DNA from: Deinococcota bacterium
GTDB taxonomy: Bacteria > Deinococcota > Deinococci > Deinococcales > Thermaceae
Assembly: GCA_041695225.1 (NCBI GenBank)
Contig: JBGFRI010000021.1
Span: forward strand, 1-61,594
Direction: 5' to 3'
DNA: 61,594 nt
This document shows, one piece after another, positions 41,836 through 53,213 of the stretch; the first letter of the stretch is position 1; every line of letters begins with the position of its first letter. A program made the position numbers and the translations under genes. The notes under the pieces were generated by a model that saw nothing but the letters and a program-made list of their open reading frames with translations, had not been told where the DNA came from and did no database searches.

Positions 41836-44601
41836 TCAAGTCTGGCTGAGCCAGAGGGCCAGAGCGTCCGCAAGGGCCAGCGGGGAACGATTCCCCAGGC
41901 GCGCCTGGAGGGCCCCGGCGGGCCAGATCTTGCCCAGCACCCGGCCCAGCTGTGCGCGGTAGACCGCGGGCAGCCCAGCAGAGGCCAGGAGTTTTTTCCA
42001 GGCTGCTTCCTCCTGGGCCAGTCCCAGCAAGGCCTGGGTTTCTAATCCCAGCTTCCAGCTCTGTACCCCAGGGTCTGGTAGATCGCCAATCTGTACGACC
42101 TGGGCCAGGGCCTCGGCCCACCGCTTTTGCCTGGCCAGGGTCTCGGCATAGCCCAGGCGCGCCTGGGCCTGGAAGTAGAGGTCGTTCTGCTGCAGGTAGC
42201 CCTCTAGAAGCTGTTCTGCCCTGGTCGGGGGCAGTAGCAAAGAAAGCTTAAGGGCCACGTCAATGGCCAGGGCGGTATAGCGGTCACCGGGTAGCTGCCG
42301 GCTCGAAAGCTCCTTCTGTAGCCTGCGCAGAAGCTTCTCGCTCTCGGGGGCTTTCTGCCCCCCCACGTACGGAGGCAGATAGGGCAGCCCGCTGGCCCGC
42401 ACCCAGTAGGCCACGGCAATGCGGTAGAGGGTCCGGCGGTGGCGGTAATGGGCTTCTTCGGGGCGCTCGCGTACCTCCCGCTGGTATTTTTCCGCCTGGG
42501 CTAATAGAGCCAGGGCCTCGAGGGGGCGGCCCCGCGCCAGCTCCAACACGCTGGCCTCGCTCATGGCCCGGGCGCGGATAAACTCATCCGAGGCCTCCCG
42601 GATAGACTGATAGAGATATTTTTCTGACTCGGCAAAGTTGCCAATACGGCGCAGGGCTGTGCCGAACCGGGCCCGCACCCGGGCTACTTCCTCGGGGGGC
42701 GCGCCGGAGGCCTGTAGGGCCTCCAGGCCCTGCCGCATCTGGGCCTCGGCCTCGTAGACCCGGCCGGTGCGCAGGAGCAGGTCGCCCGACTGATAACGGG
42801 CCCGCCCAACCAGGAGCGGGTCGTGGATCACCTGGCGCAAAGCCTCCAGGGCTTCGTCGAAGCGGCCTGCGTCCTTGGCCACCAGGCCCTGCCAGAGCCG
42901 CACCCGGTCGGCCAGGAAGGGCTGGATGGGCAGTGCCAGGGCTTGCTGCACATAGGCTTCGGCCTGGGAGTAGTCACCCTGCCACCGCTCCACCGCAGCC
43001 CAGACCAGGAGGCCTTCGGCCCCCACCTCACCCGAGAGCGCCTCGGGTGGGGGTAGAAGCTCCAAGGCCGCCGGGTAATCCCCGGCATCTACCCTGGCCT
43101 CGGCCGCCTTGACCCTGGCCCAGGACTGTTTGGCCAGGTCGGCAGATTTAAAGAGCAGCTCGAGGGCATCCAGTGCTTCGGGGTGGGCATACTGGCCCAG
43201 TACCGCGCGGTAGCGCACCACCGCCATAGCCAGCCTTTCCCGTTCGGGAGTTGTCCAGTGCTGCGACTCGGCCCAGATACTGGGTAGCAGCGAAAGCCGC
43301 GAGGGGTCCTCTGCCAGCAGATCCAGAAGCTTGTCCAGGCGGTGCGCCCCGCGGGCGTGGTGCAGCAGGCGGAACATATCACCCTTAAAAAAGTCCAGCG
43401 CCAGTGTGTGTAGCTTGCGGGCTTCTTTCTCGGGTACTGCTGGCAGCAGGGTGCGTAGGGCCGGGCGAACCTTGCCCTCGCCCATCGGGGCCAGCAGGGC
43501 CCGTTCGGCCTGGGTGAGATGCTCTAGACCTCTGTTCAGGGCCCTTTCCAGCAGGATCACCGGAATGCCCGGGTCGGCCTCGGGCGAAAGAATGCTCAAA
43601 GCGTACAGAATGGGGCGCAGGGTGGGGTCCTGGGCCAGGTTGTAGCCCGCCAGGGCCGAACTGCCGCTCTGGGTCTGGGCGGTCTCCAGTAGCACCAGGC
43701 GGGAGAGCTCGGCAAAGTTGCGCCCAGCCTGGTTTACCAGCGCCTCCACCCGTTCGGGGGGCAGATCTGGTAGCCGGTCTTTTACGTAGCGGCGGGCCTC
43801 GGCCCGGCTGGGGGCCGAGAGGGGGTTCCAGGCCAGGTTGGGGGGTGGTTCGGAAAGCCCGGCCAGAAAGGGAATGGTCAGGCGGCGCAGCAGGGGCTCG
43901 AGCCAGGCCGCCAGCCCCACCGGGCTGCCCTGGGTGTCGCGCAGGCTCAGCCCCCCAATCTGGCCCTCTTTTTCGGCCCGCAACAACAAGGGTTTGCCAT
44001 AGGCGTTGAGGGCCTTGGCGATCTCGCCCCGCAGCTCGTCCTGAAGGGCAGCCTGCAGGGCGTAGGGCTGGGTGGGCGAGAGCTGGGAAAAAATGGCCTC
44101 GAGCTCGATATCCAGCTTCTCGGCCAGGGGGTAGAGGTGCTGGGCTAGCTCGCCGCCCAGGTTGACCATCAGGCAGTCGGGCACCGCCCGCTCGACTGCT
44201 GCTAGCAGCACCCCCTTGCCCGTCACCGCCCCGCCCACTACCACCATCTGGGGTTTTTCGCCCTGCTCCAAAGCCCGCACAAAGCGCCGGAAGAGGCGGC
44301 GCTTGTCGCGCCCCAGAGCCCTTCGAGCAGACTCCAGCGCCAGCTCGGAAGGCAGGGCAGGGGTTGGTAACCCTGCTGTGGTGTACAGGTCGCAGATTAC
44401 CTCAAAAAGCCTCAGCTTCTCTTCGGGGCTGCCCAGGTCTTTGTACAGGATGTTGCGTACCGTTCCAGCCCGCCCCCCACGCTCGGCCACCGCTGCTTCT
44501 AGCCAGCGCAGGCTGCCCATTTTGCCTCGATGATCGCGCCCGCTCAGGCGAGGCCGCAGGGTCTCGAGGTGGATCTGCCAGAGTGTACTTACTCGGCTCA
44601 C
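41836..44601 (-). CDS. Large P-loop/TPR protein (921 aa)
   Basis: N-terminal helical domain, GGAVTGKG Walker-A-like motif, long TPR array. Confidence 0.8.
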   Translation of the reverse strand: MSRVSTLWQIHLETLRPRLSGRDHRGKMGSLRWLEAAVAERGGRAGTVRNILYKDLGSPEEKLRLFEVICDLYTTAGLPTPALPSELALESARRALGRDKRRLFRRFVRALEQGEKPQMVVVGGAVTGKGVLLAAVERAVPDCLMVNLGGELAQHLYPLAEKLDIELEAIFSQLSPTQPYALQAALQDELRGEIAKALNAYGKPLLLRAEKEGQIGGLSLRDTQGSPVGLAAWLEPLLRRLTIPFLAGLSEPPPNLAWNPLSAPSRAEARRYVKDRLPDLPPERVEALVNQAGRNFAELSRLVLLETAQTQSGSSALAGYNLAQDPTLRPILYALSILSPEADPGIPVILLERALNRGLEHLTQAERALLAPMGEGKVRPALRTLLPAVPEKEARKLHTLALDFFKGDMFRLLHHARGAHRLDKLLDLLAEDPSRLSLLPSIWAESQHWTTPERERLAMAVVRYRAVLGQYAHPEALDALELLFKSADLAKQSWARVKAAEARVDAGDYPAALELLPPPEALSGEVGAEGLLVWAAVERWQGDYSQAEAYVQQALALPIQPFLADRVRLWQGLVAKDAGRFDEALEALRQVIHDPLLVGRARYQSGDLLLRTGRVYEAEAQMRQGLEALQASGAPPEEVARVRARFGTALRRIGNFAESEKYLYQSIREASDEFIRARAMSEASVLELARGRPLEALALLAQAEKYQREVRERPEEAHYRHRRTLYRIAVAYWVRASGLPYLPPYVGGQKAPESEKLLRRLQKELSSRQLPGDRYTALAIDVALKLSLLLPPTRAEQLLEGYLQQNDLYFQAQARLGYAETLARQKRWAEALAQVVQIGDLPDPGVQSWKLGLETQALLGLAQEEAAWKKLLASAGLPAVYRAQLGRVLGKIWPAGALQARLGNRSPLALADALALWLSQT

Positions 44602-45013
44602 AGTTTCTACACCATACCGAGGTGTAGTGTAAGATGCAAGCAGCCTGTTACAGGTGGGTGCAAGCCACCCGTCCTCGTGGTGATTTTATGTGGAGGACTT
44701 GCTCAGCGGCCATTAGATAGAATTTTTCACGCTTTTCCGAAACTCAAGTGAGTGTCTGAACCCGGCGGCGCGATGCTGATGGTCTCACGAAGCCTGAGAA
44801 GGCCAGCAGCCAGCGCGACCTGGGTGGGGGGGCCAGACTTCTACCCACACAAACGACGTTAGAACCGAAAACCGGGTTACCGAGCCGCCATTCAAAGCCA
44901 GTTATCCTTCCAAACCCGGCATCAGCTCACAACCAACCCAAGAAACGCGTTACGGCAATTTTATGCTGGATTTCGACAAACCTTTTCCCCAGCCTGGGCT
45001 ATGTTTTGAGTGT

Positions 45014-45211
45014 ATGGCGAAGATCGAAGAATACATGCCCTGGGCGCAGAGCTTTGTCCAGGCCCGTCGGGTAGTGGCGGTGCGAATGGACCCCGAAAGC
45101 GGCGAGTACGAAGCCCTGAGCGAGACCGGCTCGAGCTACTTTCTGGACCGGCTCGAGCAGGCCAAGGCCCTGAAGCTGGTTTTGCAGGAAAGGCACCGGG
45201 TAGCGGACTAA
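45014..45211 (+). CDS. Small hypothetical protein
   Basis: MAKIEEYMPWAQSF...; typical codon usage. Confidence 0.65.
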   Translation: MAKIEEYMPWAQSFVQARRVVAVRMDPESGEYEALSETGSSYFLDRLEQAKALKLVLQERHRVAD

Positions 45212-45801
45212 GCCCAATGTTAGCCGGATGGTAGACGTGGGAGGCGGCTGGTCTGGGTGTGCAGAAGGCCTGGGCCGGTGGTCGAACTGATGGCCAGACA
45301 ACAGGTGCCGTTGCCTACTGGGGGGTTGCCCAGTAGATATTGGGCGATGGAGATAGTGATGGAATGGTCGGGGACGGCATTGATAATCCATACCCATGCC
45401 GATAGAGGTTTCTGCCACGCTTTGCTGCACCGGTTCAGGCGCCCAGATTTGGCGGATGTGCCAGGTAATTGTGGTAGGAAAAGCCCCGTAACTGGCGCTA
45501 TCGGCGAGGGCCCAGGGCTCTTCAATGGCGGTCGAAGGCAGCAATGCCGCCTCAACTTTTTTACAGGATTAAGCCACCGACAGCGTTAGACATCTCTGGA
45601 GCGTCGCCGGATGAGCGACTTGAAGAAAGCGGCCAAAGGCTATTACTTTTTTGAAGTTGGAATGAACCTTGGGGTCGAGTGGCAGGCGCCAATCAGATCA
45701 TGGTCTGGGGCAGGGATCGAGTCTGCTGCCACGCTACCAGACACTGGCCCTCAGCTATGGGCAATGAGATCTGGTGTACAACCTTTCCGACACTCCTGCA
45801 T

Positions 45802-46281
45802 TCAGTGCGGCAGCCTGCGCTGCACCATCCCGTACAGATAGGTGCCCAGCAGCGCCCCCAGCAAAATTACCAGCGCACCCACAAACCCACTGCCCAGCAG
45901 GGCGTAGATGGGGCCCGGGCAGGCACCCACCAGGCCCCAGCCCAGGCCAAACACCACCCCTCCCAGGATGTAGCGGTAACGCCCAGGATCGGGGGGACGT
46001 ACGCTAATGGCTTCGCCATCGCGGGATTTGAGACCCAGGCGCCGCAGCAACCACAGCGAGAGCGCCGCGGTCAAGACCGCGCTGCCAATGATCCCATACA
46101 TATGAAACGACTCAAACCGGAACATCTCGTAGATGCGATACCAGGAGGCAATTTCCGAGCGTATGGCCACAATGCCGAAAAAAACACCCGCCAACAGGTA
46201 AGGAACATACTCCAGAACATGAACCGGGCGAGCAGGGGTGGCCCCGGCTTCTGCAAACTCATCAGGAATGGGAAGAGCCAT
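45802..46281 (-). CDS. YeeE/YedE-like sulfur transporter subunit
   Basis: [18 protein letters not shown] motif. Confidence 0.88.
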   Translation of the reverse strand: MALPIPDEFAEAGATPARPVHVLEYVPYLLAGVFFGIVAIRSEIASWYRIYEMFRFESFHMYGIIGSAVLTAALSLWLLRRLGLKSRDGEAISVRPPDPGRYRYILGGVVFGLGWGLVGACPGPIYALLGSGFVGALVILLGALLGTYLYGMVQRRLPH

Positions 46282-46284
46282 TCT

Positions 46285-46854
46285 TCACCTCAACAAACCG
46301 AGCACCCATGGCAGGATGAAGTAAACCGCCGCCAGCCCGCCAATAAAAAAGCCGACCGTAGCCATCAGGGAAGGCAGTTGCAGTGCAGCCAGACCGGTGA
46401 TGGAATGGCCCGAGGTGCAGCCAGCAGCCCAGCGGGCCCCAAAACCGATCAAGAAGCCACCCAGCAACAAAAATATTAACCCCGGCAGGCTAAGCACGGC
46501 CTGCCAGGAAAAAAGTTCCTTTGGCACGAAGCCCGAGTCGGCAGAAACTCCCATCTGCTGGAGTGCACTGGCGGTCTGGGGGTTGAGGGCTATGGGATTG
46601 GGGTTAGCCAGAAGCACCCCGGCCACAAATCCCCCCAGCACAATACCCAGTACAAAAGCCAGATTCCAGCCTTCGGCCCGCCAGTTGTATCTGAAGAAAG
46701 GCTGCCGACTGCCCATTGCCGCACATACATGCCGCAGCGAAGAGGAGATGCCAAAGCGCCGATTACCAATGAGCAGAAGCAAAGGTACGGTCAGACCAAT
46801 CAGCGGGCCTGCCACGTACCAGGGCCAGGGCTGTGTGAGCCAGTCCATAGACAT
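46285..46854 (-). CDS. YeeE/YedE sulfur transporter subunit
   Basis: FGISS and GFGARWAAGCTSGH motifs. Confidence 0.9.
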   Translation of the reverse strand: MSMDWLTQPWPWYVAGPLIGLTVPLLLLIGNRRFGISSSLRHVCAAMGSRQPFFRYNWRAEGWNLAFVLGIVLGGFVAGVLLANPNPIALNPQTASALQQMGVSADSGFVPKELFSWQAVLSLPGLIFLLLGGFLIGFGARWAAGCTSGHSITGLAALQLPSLMATVGFFIGGLAAVYFILPWVLGLLR

Positions 46855-46983
46855 TTATCATCCGGAAAAAGCTGACAAAGACTGTAAACTAATGTGCAAA
46901 ATGTTTAGTGTCAGGGTCCAGAAGGCCGGGTCCAGGCAAGAAATTCGTGGTCTGGTGGTCGCCAGTTACTTGTGAATAGTAGC

Positions 46984-47246
46984 GTGATTGCGAGGAGGCC
47001 ATAGGCCCCCCTCATCATATAAAGGTAAAGGAAGAACCTCGCATTGTGAGGGGGCCCAAAACCGACGAAGCAGAAGCAAAAGACTTGGTAACTTAGTGGC
47101 CGAGGCTTGTCCTGAGCCTAGTCGAAGGGATGGGGCCGATTAACCCATCCAGGAAGGGCTAAACGCAATTTGACTGCCGTGGTGAACTGGATTGCTTCGC
47201 GCTCCAGAGCCTGCCCCGAGCTGTCGAGGGGAGCGCTCGCAAAGAC
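46984..47246. repeat. Composite palindromic MITE-like element with nested hairpin inserts
   Basis: GTGATTGCGAG...CGAAGCA / TGCTTCG...CTCGCAAAGAC ends; nested CTGAGC..GTCGAAGGG units at 47106-47129 and 47211-47230. Confidence 0.65.
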
Positions 47247-47417
47247 GATAAATATTGTCACTGCCGTCGTTACAATGAGGCCCCCGGACCATTTCTCGTC
47301 AAATAATGTTGGTATCAGTCCTGGCTCTGACCCGGCCTCTTCGATAGCTGGCGGTGACCAGTAACGCCATAGGATTGGCCGACCCTCGAGCCTGTGCGGT
47401 GCGGTAGGATTAGGCTC

Positions 47418-47786
47418 ATGAAACTTGATCATGTTGCACTCTCGGTAGACGATGTCGAAGCCGGAATCGAGCACTTTGCAACGCTGGGCTTCACCCTGCG
47501 CCGTCGCGGCAAGCATTACGCCAACGGTATGCCCACGGCCTTCATTACCAACCCGGCCACCGGCGTAGACTTAGAGCTAATCCAGGTCGCGGGTCAGCCC
47601 GCACCCTCGCTACTGCACCTGGCTTTTGTGGTGGACGATATCCAGGCCACCTGTGCCGAACTGCTGGCCCAGGGCTACAGCTACCAGACCGAGCCCTTTT
47701 TCAACGAAGCAGCCCGCACCCACATGGCTTTTGTGCGCCACCCTGCGGGGTTTATCGCCCAGATCAACCAGCCCGAAAAACCCTGA
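47418..47786 (+). CDS. VOC/glyoxalase family protein
   Basis: LDHVALSVDD...LELI...HLAFVVDDI. Confidence 0.88.
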   Translation: MKLDHVALSVDDVEAGIEHFATLGFTLRRRGKHYANGMPTAFITNPATGVDLELIQVAGQPAPSLLHLAFVVDDIQATCAELLAQGYSYQTEPFFNEAARTHMAFVRHPAGFIAQINQPEKP

Positions 47787-47805
47787 GCACTCAGGACCCC
47801 GTCAG

Positions 47806-48066
47806 CTAATTGAGCCAGCGGTTACGCTGGTAAGGGCAGCGGGCCATCTCCGGGCACCTGCGCCTTCCCTGGCGCAAGGCAGCGATCTCTGCCCGGTTGA
47901 GCAGTTCCTTACAGACCCGGCATTTCTCAGTTGCTCGGCCTGGCACCAGGCGCAGTCCTCGAGAGCGCAGCCGGGCCAGCCAGCGGGCAGGCAGTACCCC
48001 CCGTAGCACCCGGAAGAGAAAATAAACTACCAGACCCAGGAGCAGTGCGGCTATCAGAAAATCCAT
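47806..48066 (-). CDS. Small membrane-anchored protein with Cys motifs
   Basis: N-terminal TM segment, then CRVC...CPEMARCP. Confidence 0.6.
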   Translation of the reverse strand: MDFLIAALLLGLVVYFLFRVLRGVLPARWLARLRSRGLRLVPGRATEKCRVCKELLNRAEIAALRQGRRRCPEMARCPYQRNRWLN

Positions 48067-48276
48067 TCAGCCTATTGTATCCCCGCCTGCCGGCCCAGGA
48101 GCATGGCACAAGCTCCTATCCAGGTCGTTGAGTTCATTACCAGAGTCCAGCAAAACAGGGATTCGTCGAAAACATCAGGAGGGACACCAAGGTCGCAAGC
48201 TGACCGGAAGGATTCGGATCCGCCCGGTCCACACTACCCAGTTCGCTTCTGACCCATCATCACCGTTTTCGGGTGA

Positions 48277-49440
48277 TTATCCCAGGTGAAGCTTAAAGGC
48301 CTCCAGCGCCTTATGCAGCGCGATCTGCGGCAGCACCCCCAGCTTGACCAGAGCACCGCCACCCTTTGCCCCTAAAGGCTCCAAAACTGCATGCCAGATG
48401 GCCTGTAAATCTTCGTTGCGACTGGGGTACTTGAGTAGGGCGTAGCGGGTTTTGTTCTCAGCTGGAGCGACCAGCAGGGCCAGCACCCCCGGCCACTCGG
48501 CCAGCCTCTTGCCCACCATCTCCAGCACTGCGCTGGGAACCTGGGCCGCGATGGTCCGGCTGGGAAATTGGGCCAGCAGTTCGCGCATGATTCGTTCGGC
48601 CAGGTCTTCCTTGAGGGCGGTGTTCTCGGAGCGCACCCTGTACCATTCTTCGCGCATATTGCCGATTGGCTTTTCCAGCTCCATAATGCCCGAACTAAAC
48701 TTCTCGCCTAGCCGGGTTAGCAGGGCGTGTTGGGCGTTGAAGATTTCCAGGGCCTCCCAGCCCGCCATAAAGTAGACCCGCGCACCTGCCTTGTAGCGCT
48801 CATATTTTGTGACCTTGATGGGCCCTGCCTCGCCCGTGCGGGCCAGGTGGGTGCCGCCGCAGGCCACCATGTCCCAGCCTTCAATCTCTACTACCCTGAT
48901 CGTCCCTGCGACTTTCGGGGCGCGGCGGAGGGGGTAACTGACCACCTGGTTATGGTCAACCATAAAGGCTCTGACCGGGGTGTTCGCATAGACGGCCCAG
49001 TTGGCAAGGGCTTCGGCTTGGCGGACCATGGCCTCATCTGGTTCCCCCGAAAAGTCTATGGTGCAGACCGGGCCGCTCATGTTGACGGCCAGCGTTTCCC
49101 ATCCGGCAGCCCGCCAGAAAGCCTGGGCCAGGATGTGCTCGGCGGTGTGACGCTGCATCCGGCGGTAGCGCCCAGCCCAGTCCAGCTGCCCGTGTACCTG
49201 TGCTCCGGGTTGCAAAGGGCTTTCCAGCAGGTGAATTACCTCGCCGCTGGCCTTGCTGCCCTCGAGCACCTCCAGTACTGCCACAGCATTCAGGCGCCCC
49301 GTATCGCAGGCCTGTCCACCTGCTGTGGGGTAGAACAGGGTTTGATCCAGCACCGCATAGTGCCTGCCGCCCTCGCTCCAGGCTCGGGTTACGGTGGCGC
49401 TAAACTCACTTTGGTAGGGGTGCTCCCAGTAGAGCCGCAT
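48277..49440 (-). CDS. AlaX-like alanyl-tRNA editing protein
   Basis: FYPTAGGQ, HTAEH and CGGTH motifs. Confidence 0.9.
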   Translation of the reverse strand: MRLYWEHPYQSEFSATVTRAWSEGGRHYAVLDQTLFYPTAGGQACDTGRLNAVAVLEVLEGSKASGEVIHLLESPLQPGAQVHGQLDWAGRYRRMQRHTAEHILAQAFWRAAGWETLAVNMSGPVCTIDFSGEPDEAMVRQAEALANWAVYANTPVRAFMVDHNQVVSYPLRRAPKVAGTIRVVEIEGWDMVACGGTHLARTGEAGPIKVTKYERYKAGARVYFMAGWEALEIFNAQHALLTRLGEKFSSGIMELEKPIGNMREEWYRVRSENTALKEDLAERIMRELLAQFPSRTIAAQVPSAVLEMVGKRLAEWPGVLALLVAPAENKTRYALLKYPSRNEDLQAIWHAVLEPLGAKGGGALVKLGVLPQIALHKALEAFKLHLG

Positions 49441-49487
49441 TCCAGTAGCTTAGCGAGTTAGCGGGTGGTGGAGAGGGGAGGGCCTGC

Positions 49488-51368
49488 TCATGCTCCACCC
49501 AGGTTCGGCTTGATTTTTGGCACGATGCGAGGGGGTTCTTTTTCTTCTTTTTCCTTGGACGGTTCGCTGGGGGGCACAGGACTCTCTAACTCCTCGCCCT
49601 CAACCACCCGCACGAACTCCTCGGAGTTGAGGGTCTCGCGCTCCAGCAGCACCCGCGTGACCCGTTCCAGTACCTCTCTCTTCTCGGTCAGCAGGTTCAA
49701 GACCTTGTCGTGCTGTTCTTGCAGCAGCTTCTGCACTGCCTCGTCAATTCGCTTGGCGGTCTCCTCGGAGTACTGCCGGGTGTCGTAGCCGCCCAGGTAG
49801 GTATCCTCTCGCACCTGATAGGCCACCATACCAAAATCGGGGTGCATGCCCCACTCGGTAATCATGCGCCGGGCCAGGTTAGTGGCCTGTTTGAAGTCGT
49901 TCTCGGCCCCGGTGGTTACATCGTCAAAGATCAGTTCCTCCGCGGCCCGGCCCGCCAGGGCTACCCCAATCTGGTCGGTCAGACGCTTTTTACTCCAGTG
50001 CAGGGTGTCCTGGCGGCTGGGCATCATGAACCCCATGGCCCGCCCGCGAGGGACAATGGTCACCTTGTGGACGTTGTCGGCGTACTGAAGGAAGTGTGCT
50101 GCGAGTGCGTGCCCGGCCTCGTGGTAGGCGGTCACCTCGCGGTCTTTTTGTGTAACCACCATGCTTTTCTTGGCCGGCCCCATTACCACCCGGTCGGCAG
50201 CCTCTTCCAGGTCCTTCATGGTGATTCTTTTGCGCCCATCGCGGGCCGCCAGTAGCGCAGACTCGTTAAGCAGGTTCTCGAGGTCGGCTCCTACAAAACC
50301 GGGCGTGCGCTTGGCCAGCAGGGCCAGATCCACATCCTCGGCCAGGGGTTTGCCTTTAGCGTGAATTTTGAGAATCTGTTCGCGCCCCCTCACATCCGGG
50401 GCGTCAATGGCTACCTGGCGGTCGAAGCGGCCCGGGCGCAGCAGGGCCGGGTCCAGTACGTCGGGGCGGTTGGTAGCCGCCATGATGATGATGCTGGTCT
50501 CCTTCTCAAAGCCATCGAGCTCGACCAGCAGCTGGTTAAGGGTTTGTTCGCGTTCGTCGTTGCCGCCGCCCACACCACCGCCGCGCCGGCGGCCTACCGC
50601 GTCAATCTCGTCAATGAAGATGATGCAGGGGGCGTGGCGCTTGGCCGTCTCGAAAAGGTCGCGCACCCTGGCAGCGCCCACCCCTACGAACATCTCCACA
50701 AAGTCTGAGCCCGAGGCGGCGATAAAGGGTACCTTGGCCTCGCCCGCAACCGCCCGCGCGATATGGGTCTTGCCCGAGCCCGGCGGCCCTACCAGCAGCA
50801 CCCCTTTGGGGATGCGGGCGCCCATCTCGTGGAAACGGGCGGGCGACTTGAGGAACTCCACAATTTCCTTGAGCTCCTCTTTGGCTTCTTCACAGCCCGC
50901 CACATCCTTGAAGCTGGTCTTGGGGGCCTCGGTCAGCACCTTGGCCCGGCTCTTGGTAAAGCTAAAGGCATTGTCGCCCGAAGGGTTGCGGTTGCGGGAG
51001 AAGAAAAAGAATATGGCTATCAGCAAGCCAATCAAGAGCAGCGGAATCAAGAAGCCTAGCAGGGGGTTATCGCGCCTTGGTGCAGCAACCTCAACCTGAA
51101 TATTCTTAGCACCCCAGGCACGGATAGTGGCGGTGTCGACTGGGCCGGGAGCAAAAGTGATGTACTGGTCGCTATCTTCCCTGCGGGTCACACTGAGCTG
51201 TTGGCCGTCCACTTTAATTTTGGCTACCCTGCCCTGCTCAATTTCGTTGAGAAAGGTGGTATAGGCTACCTGATTGACGGGCTGCTGATTAGCGGTCAGG
51301 CTAAAAGCCCAGGCAATCAGAATAGCAATGAGCAGAACAAACCATAAGTTGAACGGCAACCGGTTCAT
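49488..51368 (-). CDS. ftsH: ATP-dependent zinc metalloprotease FtsH
   Basis: Two TM segments; [15 protein letters not shown] and HEAGH motifs. Confidence 0.97.
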   Translation of the reverse strand: MNRLPFNLWFVLLIAILIAWAFSLTANQQPVNQVAYTTFLNEIEQGRVAKIKVDGQQLSVTRREDSDQYITFAPGPVDTATIRAWGAKNIQVEVAAPRRDNPLLGFLIPLLLIGLLIAIFFFFSRNRNPSGDNAFSFTKSRAKVLTEAPKTSFKDVAGCEEAKEELKEIVEFLKSPARFHEMGARIPKGVLLVGPPGSGKTHIARAVAGEAKVPFIAASGSDFVEMFVGVGAARVRDLFETAKRHAPCIIFIDEIDAVGRRRGGGVGGGNDEREQTLNQLLVELDGFEKETSIIIMAATNRPDVLDPALLRPGRFDRQVAIDAPDVRGREQILKIHAKGKPLAEDVDLALLAKRTPGFVGADLENLLNESALLAARDGRKRITMKDLEEAADRVVMGPAKKSMVVTQKDREVTAYHEAGHALAAHFLQYADNVHKVTIVPRGRAMGFMMPSRQDTLHWSKKRLTDQIGVALAGRAAEELIFDDVTTGAENDFKQATNLARRMITEWGMHPDFGMVAYQVREDTYLGGYDTRQYSEETAKRIDEAVQKLLQEQHDKVLNLLTEKREVLERVTRVLLERETLNSEEFVRVVEGEELESPVPPSEPSKEKEEKEPPRIVPKIKPNLGGA

Positions 51369-51481
51369 TGTCTTTCCAGAGTACACCCTATTGCAAAGAT
51401 AAACGTAGCCAAAATAACCGTGGGCCTCAAGTCCGAATGTCCTGCGGAAGACGGTCTTGGGCCGCTATCATCCCCATTATC

Positions 51482-51724
51482 TCAGAACGGATCCCAGTCA
51501 AGGGCTCGCGTCTCAAATTTGCTACAGGGTTGCAACCACTGTAGCCTTGCTGTGACCCGGGATGTGATAGAGACAGGCGCCCGGTACCTGTATAGGCGGC
51601 CCGCCCGATCTGGCAACTGGTGCACCGCCCCCATGCCTAGAACCCGCGTTCCATCGGCTTTCACCAGGGCCGGCGCAACCACCCCAGGGTAGAGCGCATA
51701 ATCACTTTCGCGAGTAAGGAGCAT
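51482..51724 (-). pseudogene. Possible Rrf2-family regulator remnant
   Basis: MLLTRESDYAL start and LVKA fragment resemble the Rrf2 N-terminus; the rest is degraded. Confidence 0.4.
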
Positions 51725-51730
51725 ACCCAT

Positions 51731-52540
51731 CTACGCGCCTGAGTCTGACTCCTGGCTATCATCGAAACTCATGCCCATTATGCTGTAACCAGCATCTACA
51801 TACACCGTCTGACCAGTAGTTCCGCTAGACAAAGGAGAAAGCAGGTATAAGCCCAGACTGCCCACTTCTTCGTGGGTGACCATGCGTCCCAAAGGGGCCG
51901 TGGCATTGTGTTTGGCGGCCATCTTGCGGAAGCCTGGAATGCTCATGGAGGCCACCGTGCGGATTGCTCCAGCGCTAACTGCATTCACGCGGATATTCTT
52001 CTTGCCCAACTCGTAGGCCAGATAGCGGACGCTGGCCTCTAGCGCAGCCTTGGCTACCCCCATCACGTTGTATTTTGGTACCACCTTTTCGGAAGCATAA
52101 TAGGTCAGACAGATAATGCTAGACCCGTCTTTCAGCATCGGCTCGGCCTCGCGCGTGATGGCCACCAGCGAGTAGGCCGATACCGACAAGGCGGTATTCC
52201 AGTCGGCGGCGGTAGTATCCGCAAAGCGTCCTTCCATGGCCTGGCGCGGCGCGAAGGCGATGGAGTGAACCAGGCAGTCTAGCGACCCCCAGGCGCTCGC
52301 CAGATCGGAAAACATGGCTTTCAGGGCTGCCTCGTCGGTCACATCCACCTGGTATAAGCGTTGGTTGGGACGTCCGGCGGTCAATCTTTCTAACTTTTCC
52401 CGCAGCCGCTCCCCTTGATAACTGAAAGCTACTTCGGCCCCGGCTGCATGGAGTTTCTCGGCGATAGCCCAGCCCAGGCTATGCTCATTGGTTACGCCCA
52501 TGACCAGGGCCTTTTTGCCAGATAAGTCAATAGAAACCAT
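51731..52540 (-). CDS. fabI: Enoyl-ACP reductase
   Basis: GVTNEHSLGW, HSIAFA and YNVMGVAKAALE motifs. Confidence 0.96.
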   Translation of the reverse strand: MVSIDLSGKKALVMGVTNEHSLGWAIAEKLHAAGAEVAFSYQGERLREKLERLTAGRPNQRLYQVDVTDEAALKAMFSDLASAWGSLDCLVHSIAFAPRQAMEGRFADTTAADWNTALSVSAYSLVAITREAEPMLKDGSSIICLTYYASEKVVPKYNVMGVAKAALEASVRYLAYELGKKNIRVNAVSAGAIRTVASMSIPGFRKMAAKHNATAPLGRMVTHEEVGSLGLYLLSPLSSGTTGQTVYVDAGYSIMGMSFDDSQESDSGA

Positions 52541-52819
52541 AACCCCAGTATCTTACCCGTACCACCTCGAGGCCTGGCAATCTCGCCGTTCGAATAACTC
52601 GTAATGACTCCAACTAGTCACCTACAAAGTGCCGCCGGGTGCTTTGGGTACTCTGTACCAATCCTCACAAAATCTGCGTATAATAATGTCTACAACAGGT
52701 GGTTTGGGTCTTTGACCAACGCCAGGTCGCAGGCAGGTTAGTACTCCAGTCCCATGCCCGTTGGGCTGCACATCCTAAATAACGGCGTGAGTCTCTTTCG
52801 GTGGAAAAGGGGGTCAGAC

Positions 52820-53047
52820 ATGCAGACGCTTCAACCGGGGGTGGAGGCAATGGTGGGTATCCAGTGTGAGTGGGTTCCGGGTACCATGGACCAGGTCAGG
52901 GTTCGCCTGCCAGACCATGATGTGCAGGTGACGCTAAAGCAGTTGCAACAGATTGCCGGGCTAGATGCAGTACACGAGCTCTACCTCAAGGGCCTCATTT
53001 TCCTGCCCCTCGACAGCAAGCTCCGCGAAGCTTTCGATAAGGCGTAG
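52820..53047 (+). CDS. Hypothetical protein
   Basis: SD-like AAGGGGG before MQTLQPG; CEWVPGTMDQVRV. Confidence 0.6.
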   Translation: MQTLQPGVEAMVGIQCEWVPGTMDQVRVRLPDHDVQVTLKQLQQIAGLDAVHELYLKGLIFLPLDSKLREAFDKA

Positions 53048-53213
53048 CAGCAGCTTGTGAAGGTAGATTGGGGGCTCATTCGGTTTTGTTTGTGCGTCCG
53101 CTGGCTTGCCCCTGGGCCAGGAATACAGTAACTCAGCCCTGTACGCTGGTGACGTGCAGCATGGAGTGTCTGGCCTGCGGGCCACAGCCGCTATAATTCG
53201 GTAGAATATCGGT

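Noticed and set aside
45220..45800. Overlapping ORFs between the small gene and the YeeE genes
   Set aside because: No recognisable motif or convincing codon bias; left unannotated.
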